A DNA stretch of 57,503 nt from a virus. Lineage: Duplodnaviria > Caudoviricetes. Positions 55,223-57,503 of this stretch are shown here, in pieces. The first letter of the stretch is position 1; every line of letters starts with the position of its first letter. Location of the stretch: positions 1 to 57,503 of the IMG/VR virus record IMGVR_UViG_3300022221_000009. One strand, given 5' to 3'. The notes under the pieces were generated by a model. It made no database searches. It was not told the DNA's origin and worked only from the letters and a program-made list of their open reading frames with translations. A program made the translations under genes and the position numbers.

Positions 55223-55750
55223 TTAATAGCCTTTGTAGTCGCCTTGTGGGGCCTGGCACGGGACCAAATCCATGCGTTCGCGTAATGCCGGTGTGGCCTC
55301 AAATACGCATTTGGTTTTCGGGTTATACAACCACTTGGTATCCGCTGGCCAACGTCTTATATCTTTTTCTTTACCGATTTGGATCACTTCAGGCTGAACA
55401 TTTGTTGCGATAATTTGTTCAGCTTTACTGGCATCAACCGTTTGGACAACTTCAGGGATTGAACCGGTTGGGACCGGTTCAGGCAAAATAACTTCCGCGT
55501 CATCGTCTTTTAAAGTGTTATCAGCCGCTTGTAGCAGTGACTCACCCATCGGGGTGTCACTATTGTCTGACGTTTGCGCAACCTCAGCGACCGCCAGGTC
55601 TTCAGGCACCTCCTGTCGCTTCGCGTATAAGGCTTCCAGCCCTTTCAAGACATCTGTCTTGTTGCCGTTGAGTTGTACATTAAACGTCTGCTTGGCGTGT
55701 CCAATCAACGCTGTTTTGTCTTTGGTGCGTAATTCTGCAGGCATCTGCAT
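55223..55750 (-). CDS. Hypothetical protein
   Basis: GAGG RBS; in the head operon. Confidence 0.6.
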   Translation of the reverse strand: MQMPAELRTKDKTALIGHAKQTFNVQLNGNKTDVLKGLEALYAKRQEVPEDLAVAEVAQTSDNSDTPMGESLLQAADNTLKDDDAEVILPEPVPTGSIPEVVQTVDASKAEQIIATNVQPEVIQIGKEKDIRRWPADTKWLYNPKTKCVFEATPALRERMDLVPCQAPQGDYKGY

Positions 55751-55771
55751 AATTCATTACCTCTTGTTGAT

Positions 55772-55803
55772 AAAAGAAAAAATGGGTAGCCGGAGCTACC
55801 CAT
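55772..55803 (-). terminator. Intrinsic terminator after the capsid/decoration genes
   Basis: Minus strand ATGGGTAGC-TCCG-GCTACCCAT followed by a U-rich run. Confidence 0.75.
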
Positions 55804-55814
55804 ACAGACTTAGG

Positions 55815-56249
55815 CTATATATTCAATGATGCTTGTTTTGTCAGCCTGATACAGACCGCCTGAATATCGATAATAGCCGCATCCAGAAGGATTGTCGGTG
55901 TGATATCGATATTGTCATCGGCTGCGTAATACTTACCACCGGAATAACCGGTTACCGTATTCGGTGCACCCTCAGTTAGAACGACAGGACCGGATACACC
56001 TTCACCCAACGCATTAACATCGGCTGCCGCAATAAAGCCATTCGGATCCGTGCCATCACCCATATCAAAGGTACCGGCAGCACCCTCGACGGTTTTGACT
56101 TCCCATCGCGTCAACATGACAAAGGTCCCGGCCTCAACCGCAAGTGCCGGCGCTGCCACCGCGGCGGCCAGATTTGTTTTTGAGCAGTCAATCGTCTTTT
56201 CAATCACGAAAATACGATCAAGTGCATCAGCAGAAACTTGATTACCCAT
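55815..56249 (-). CDS. Capsid decoration/minor head protein
   Basis: Follows the major capsid gene; small beta-rich protein. Confidence 0.6.
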   Translation of the reverse strand: MGNQVSADALDRIFVIEKTIDCSKTNLAAAVAAPALAVEAGTFVMLTRWEVKTVEGAAGTFDMGDGTDPNGFIAAADVNALGEGVSGPVVLTEGAPNTVTGYSGGKYYAADDNIDITPTILLDAAIIDIQAVCIRLTKQASLNI

Positions 56250-56304
56250 AATAAATTCCTCTTGTTACAGAAACAGTGAAAGCCCCTCAGTCGAGGGGCT
56301 ACAG

Positions 56305-57174
56305 TTACACAATCTTGATACCGGCCTTAATCAGCAAGGATGGCTGTGTCACCATAAAGTCATACACCTGCAGACCACGCACCAGGTCGCCAAAGGCGTT
56401 CGGGTTACGCAGTTTCTCAGTCTTAACAAATTGAGTTGCAAAGGTAATAGCTTGTGGATGACCGGCCAACACAATGTCATAAGCCCCGGGCTTGGCCAGC
56501 AGACTGGTTGAATAGACCTTCATGCGGTCCAGTGTCCCCAGTATGCCATTGCGCAAAATGGAAGTATCATCCCCCATCTTTTCAGCACTCAGGAAGTCCG
56601 GGTTTTTCTTGATTTCTCCTTTCATCCAGTGGGGCACAATGATCCATCGCTGTCCATCGTCCGGAATAAACGCTTCGTCCATTTTAACGCCGACATCAGC
56701 AATAAAATCGACGGCACTCGCTTTATTGACAACAGCATCCGCAATGATGTTGGCCGCAGGCACGTCAGCATAAACCGTGCTGAGCATCTGCTTATCAATC
56801 CAAAGTTTGTTCTTGATTGAAGCGTTGCTTGTTACCTTCTCAACCCAGGGAATATCGGACTGACGACGTTCAACATCATCGACCGGGAAGTTGTAATAAA
56901 TCCCCTTTTCAATCGGGAATTCAATACCTTCATCTTCCACGGCTTGCGTTTCGAGCTTCATGCCCTTGTAGTACTGATAGATTTCAACTTCAGGGTCGCG
57001 GCGAATAATCACCTTGGAACCAATATCGCTGATTTCACCTTCGAAGTCGGTATTGCAGATATCCATGCACATCGCGACTTCGTAGTAATTGGCCAGCATG
57101 TTGCCACTCCAGATGTGTGGAGCGAACTGACCATTGGGTACCTGATTGTACCCAGCAGCAGCAGGATAGTTCAT
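56305..57174 (-). CDS. Major capsid protein
   Basis: F.P.IWS, NTDFEGEI...G..V.I, and R....FGDLVRGLQVY motifs; follows the scaffold. Confidence 0.9.
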   Translation of the reverse strand: MNYPAAAGYNQVPNGQFAPHIWSGNMLANYYEVAMCMDICNTDFEGEISDIGSKVIIRRDPEVEIYQYYKGMKLETQAVEDEGIEFPIEKGIYYNFPVDDVERRQSDIPWVEKVTSNASIKNKLWIDKQMLSTVYADVPAANIIADAVVNKASAVDFIADVGVKMDEAFIPDDGQRWIIVPHWMKGEIKKNPDFLSAEKMGDDTSILRNGILGTLDRMKVYSTSLLAKPGAYDIVLAGHPQAITFATQFVKTEKLRNPNAFGDLVRGLQVYDFMVTQPSLLIKAGIKIV

Positions 57175-57186
57175 GAGATTTACCTC

Positions 57187-57503
57187 TTAAACGATTTTCC
57201 CAGCGGCTTGAGCGGCGTAGACCTTTGCCTTATTTTTACGCCAAAGAACAGGATCTTTCGACCACTCTTCCACCTGGGCTTGTGTAATAGTTTCAACCTC
57301 ACCCACAACCGCTGGCGCAGCAGGTGACGACGGTATACGACCGTTATCATCTGCCTGAGCAGCAGCAGCACGTTGATCGGCTGCCTGTCGTTGAGCAAGA
57401 TCCGCTTGATTAGCCGGGCTGGCTTGTTTGAATTCATCGAGGATGGTAATTATTTCTGACGCATTCCCGCCCACTTCACCGGCTTGGCGATTAGGGAACA
57501 ATG
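57187..57503 (-). CDS. Capsid scaffolding protein, C-terminal part
   Basis: Open from the window end, upstream of the capsid gene; ends ...VYAAQAAGKIV. Confidence 0.75.
   Translation of the reverse strand, partial: LFPNRQAGEVGGNASEIITILDEFKQASPANQADLAQRQAADQRAAAAQADDNGRIPSSPAAPAVVGEVETITQAQVEEWSKDPVLWRKNKAKVYAAQAAGKIV

Overview
The window is almost certainly a nearly complete (~57.5 kb), circularly permuted genome of a temperate short-tailed phage, probably infecting a Gammaproteobacterium (CsrA homologue, IHF sites, type I-F-like repeats, spanins). It is opened inside the scaffolding-protein gene, whose halves lie at 1-776 and 57187-57503. The minus-strand late operon runs terS, terL, portal, scaffold, capsid, adaptors/tail, lysis cassette, nozzle, ejection proteins and a 4306-aa DarB-like polyvalent protein. 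A lambdoid minus-strand arm holds cII-like, O/P-like, two adenine MTases, YfdP/Q and Q-like genes, beside a repressor with 434-type operators. The plus-strand early arm holds CsrA, YqaJ exonuclease, an array of small genes and an integrase, followed by an intact attP whose core is the 3' half of tRNA-Pro(GGG). The main discovery candidate is a 1.58-kb transposase-less cassette (5893-7468) bounded by 44-bp inverted repeats and an 8-bp direct repeat. It carries a strong promoter, two small acidic anti-CRISPR candidates each behind a covarying RNA pseudoknot, two solitary type I-F CRISPR repeats, and KorA/Aca4-like and ribbon-helix-helix regulators. Other highlights are overprinted genes inside the giant ORF, a repeated RNA motif around the scaffold RBS, a linker-repeat gene array, an in-frame Xis-Int fusion and a structured non-coding segment. 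All family assignments come from motif recognition by eye, not database searches.
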